Origin: Klebsormidium nitens
Taxonomy: Eukaryota > Plantae > Klebsormidiophyceae
Reading direction: 5' to 3'
Length of the DNA: 64,000 nucleotides
Assembly (NCBI GenBank): GCA_000708835.1
Contig: DF236960.1
Coordinates: 214,982 to 278,981, forward strand
Shown: positions 63,401 to 64,000 of the stretch, piece by piece
How positions within the stretch are numbered: the first letter of the stretch is position 1
Layout of the letters: each line of letters begins with the position of its first letter
Notes under the pieces: generated by a model
The model's input: the letters and a program-made list of their open reading frames with translations, nothing else
Database searches by the model: none
Told to the model about the DNA's origin: nothing
Made by a program: the position numbers and the translations under genes

Positions 63401-63728
63401 AGTCGAAGGTGAAAAATCTGCGGCACTAGGTTGGGCAGGAACTTCCAGTCAAACCCGAAAGGGAAGCGTCAAACCATCTGACCCCTATTTCGAACCAAGC
63501 GAGCATTCGGGCGAAACTGAAACAAGCTTCGAAGCAGCTGAAGATGGACCCGTACGTGTACTTAGGAACAACTCCAGGCATCGCTGATTCCAGAGGGTAT
63601 TTCGTGAACCCAGAATCTCATGCTTGCAGGCGAAGAAGGATCCGTACATCTACGTGAAGAAGCCGCGGCTCAAGACGGGGCAGGAACTTCTGCGGGTCAC
63701 GCTCCACCTGCAGCAGCGGCTGCAAGAG
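57487..63728 (+). CDS. Monoacylglycerol lipase / caffeoylshikimate-esterase-like alpha/beta hydrolase, 3'-partial
   Basis: Exons 57487-57861 (transit-peptide-like, least sure), 58704-58731, 59872-59997, 61382-61659, 62922-63059, 63630-63728. Motifs SRGVKLFTRTW, KALVCILHGFG, AGYAVAGLDAQGFGRSDG, nucleophile elbow LYGESMGG, GAILSAPMVK, KPRLKTGQELLR. The catalytic Asp/His exons lie beyond the window. Confidence 0.85.
60400..61300 (+). repeat. Six degenerate copies of the acceptor plus 5' part of the 61382 exon
   Basis: CAG|A(G/A)A(G/C)..CC(T)..GA(T/C)GC(C/T)GG..GGCTTCGGAC recurs near 60405, 60565, 60745, 60865, 61050 and 61210. Confidence 0.8.
61745..62310 (+). repeat. Three to five degenerate copies of the 3' end plus donor of the 61382-61659 exon
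   Basis: GAGCCGGG..GAGTGG..GGTGCGATC..GCGCCGATG..AAG|GT(G/A)GGT recurs ending near 61830, 61992 and 62138; weaker copies follow. Confidence 0.8.
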
Positions 63729-64000
63729 GTAAGCAGGATTTGCCACGTGGCATGCGATGGAATGTGCCACGTGGCCGTGCTTTGCTTCCCGTATGTACCA
63801 TGCATAAGGTGTCTTTTTGGCAGGTGCTGTTGCGATCCAAGTTCAACCTGCAGCAGCGGCCACAGTTCGTACGCAGAGATTGCGACGTGGCCTGTCTCTG
63901 TCTTCCCACGTTGGCCACGTGACAGTCTTTTCGCCAAACTTTCAAGACTTGTCGCTGCGGGCAAAACCAGATTTGCTCCGTGCGGGTTGTTGGTTGCAGC

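Overview
Eukaryotic, intron-rich genomic DNA with GC3-biased exons and GT..AG introns. Gene content and style fit a streptophyte green alga such as Klebsormidium (inference). No rRNA, tRNA or CRISPR was seen. There is one assembly gap at 1834-1950. Hand-built spliced gene models close in frame. (1) 6.7-22.9 kb: three tandem paralogs of a secreted precursor made of 3-4 near-uncharged, N/Q/G/V-rich, 4-Cys modules of about 92 aa. Each module starts with QQ and is separated from the next by a Pro-rich linker ending in (G/A)GRKLL, which suggests a subtilase-processed polyprotein. Copy 2 is intact. Copy 1 has a TIR-element insertion and a frameshift, and copy 3 has a frameshift. (2) A mitochondrial-like single-TM orphan (-). 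(3) A small secreted protein with three EGF-like domains (-). (4) A 15-exon secreted acetamidase/formamidase (+). (5) An LRB/POB1-like BTB-BACK protein (-). (6) A small C-terminal-TM orphan (-). (7) A MAGL/CSE-like alpha/beta hydrolase (+) that runs off the window end. Two short MITEs are also present. The second major pattern is 'exon-edge echoes': introns of at least five genes carry stacked, degenerate direct copies of the adjacent splice site plus exon edge, and several echoes differ from the real exon mainly at synonymous positions.
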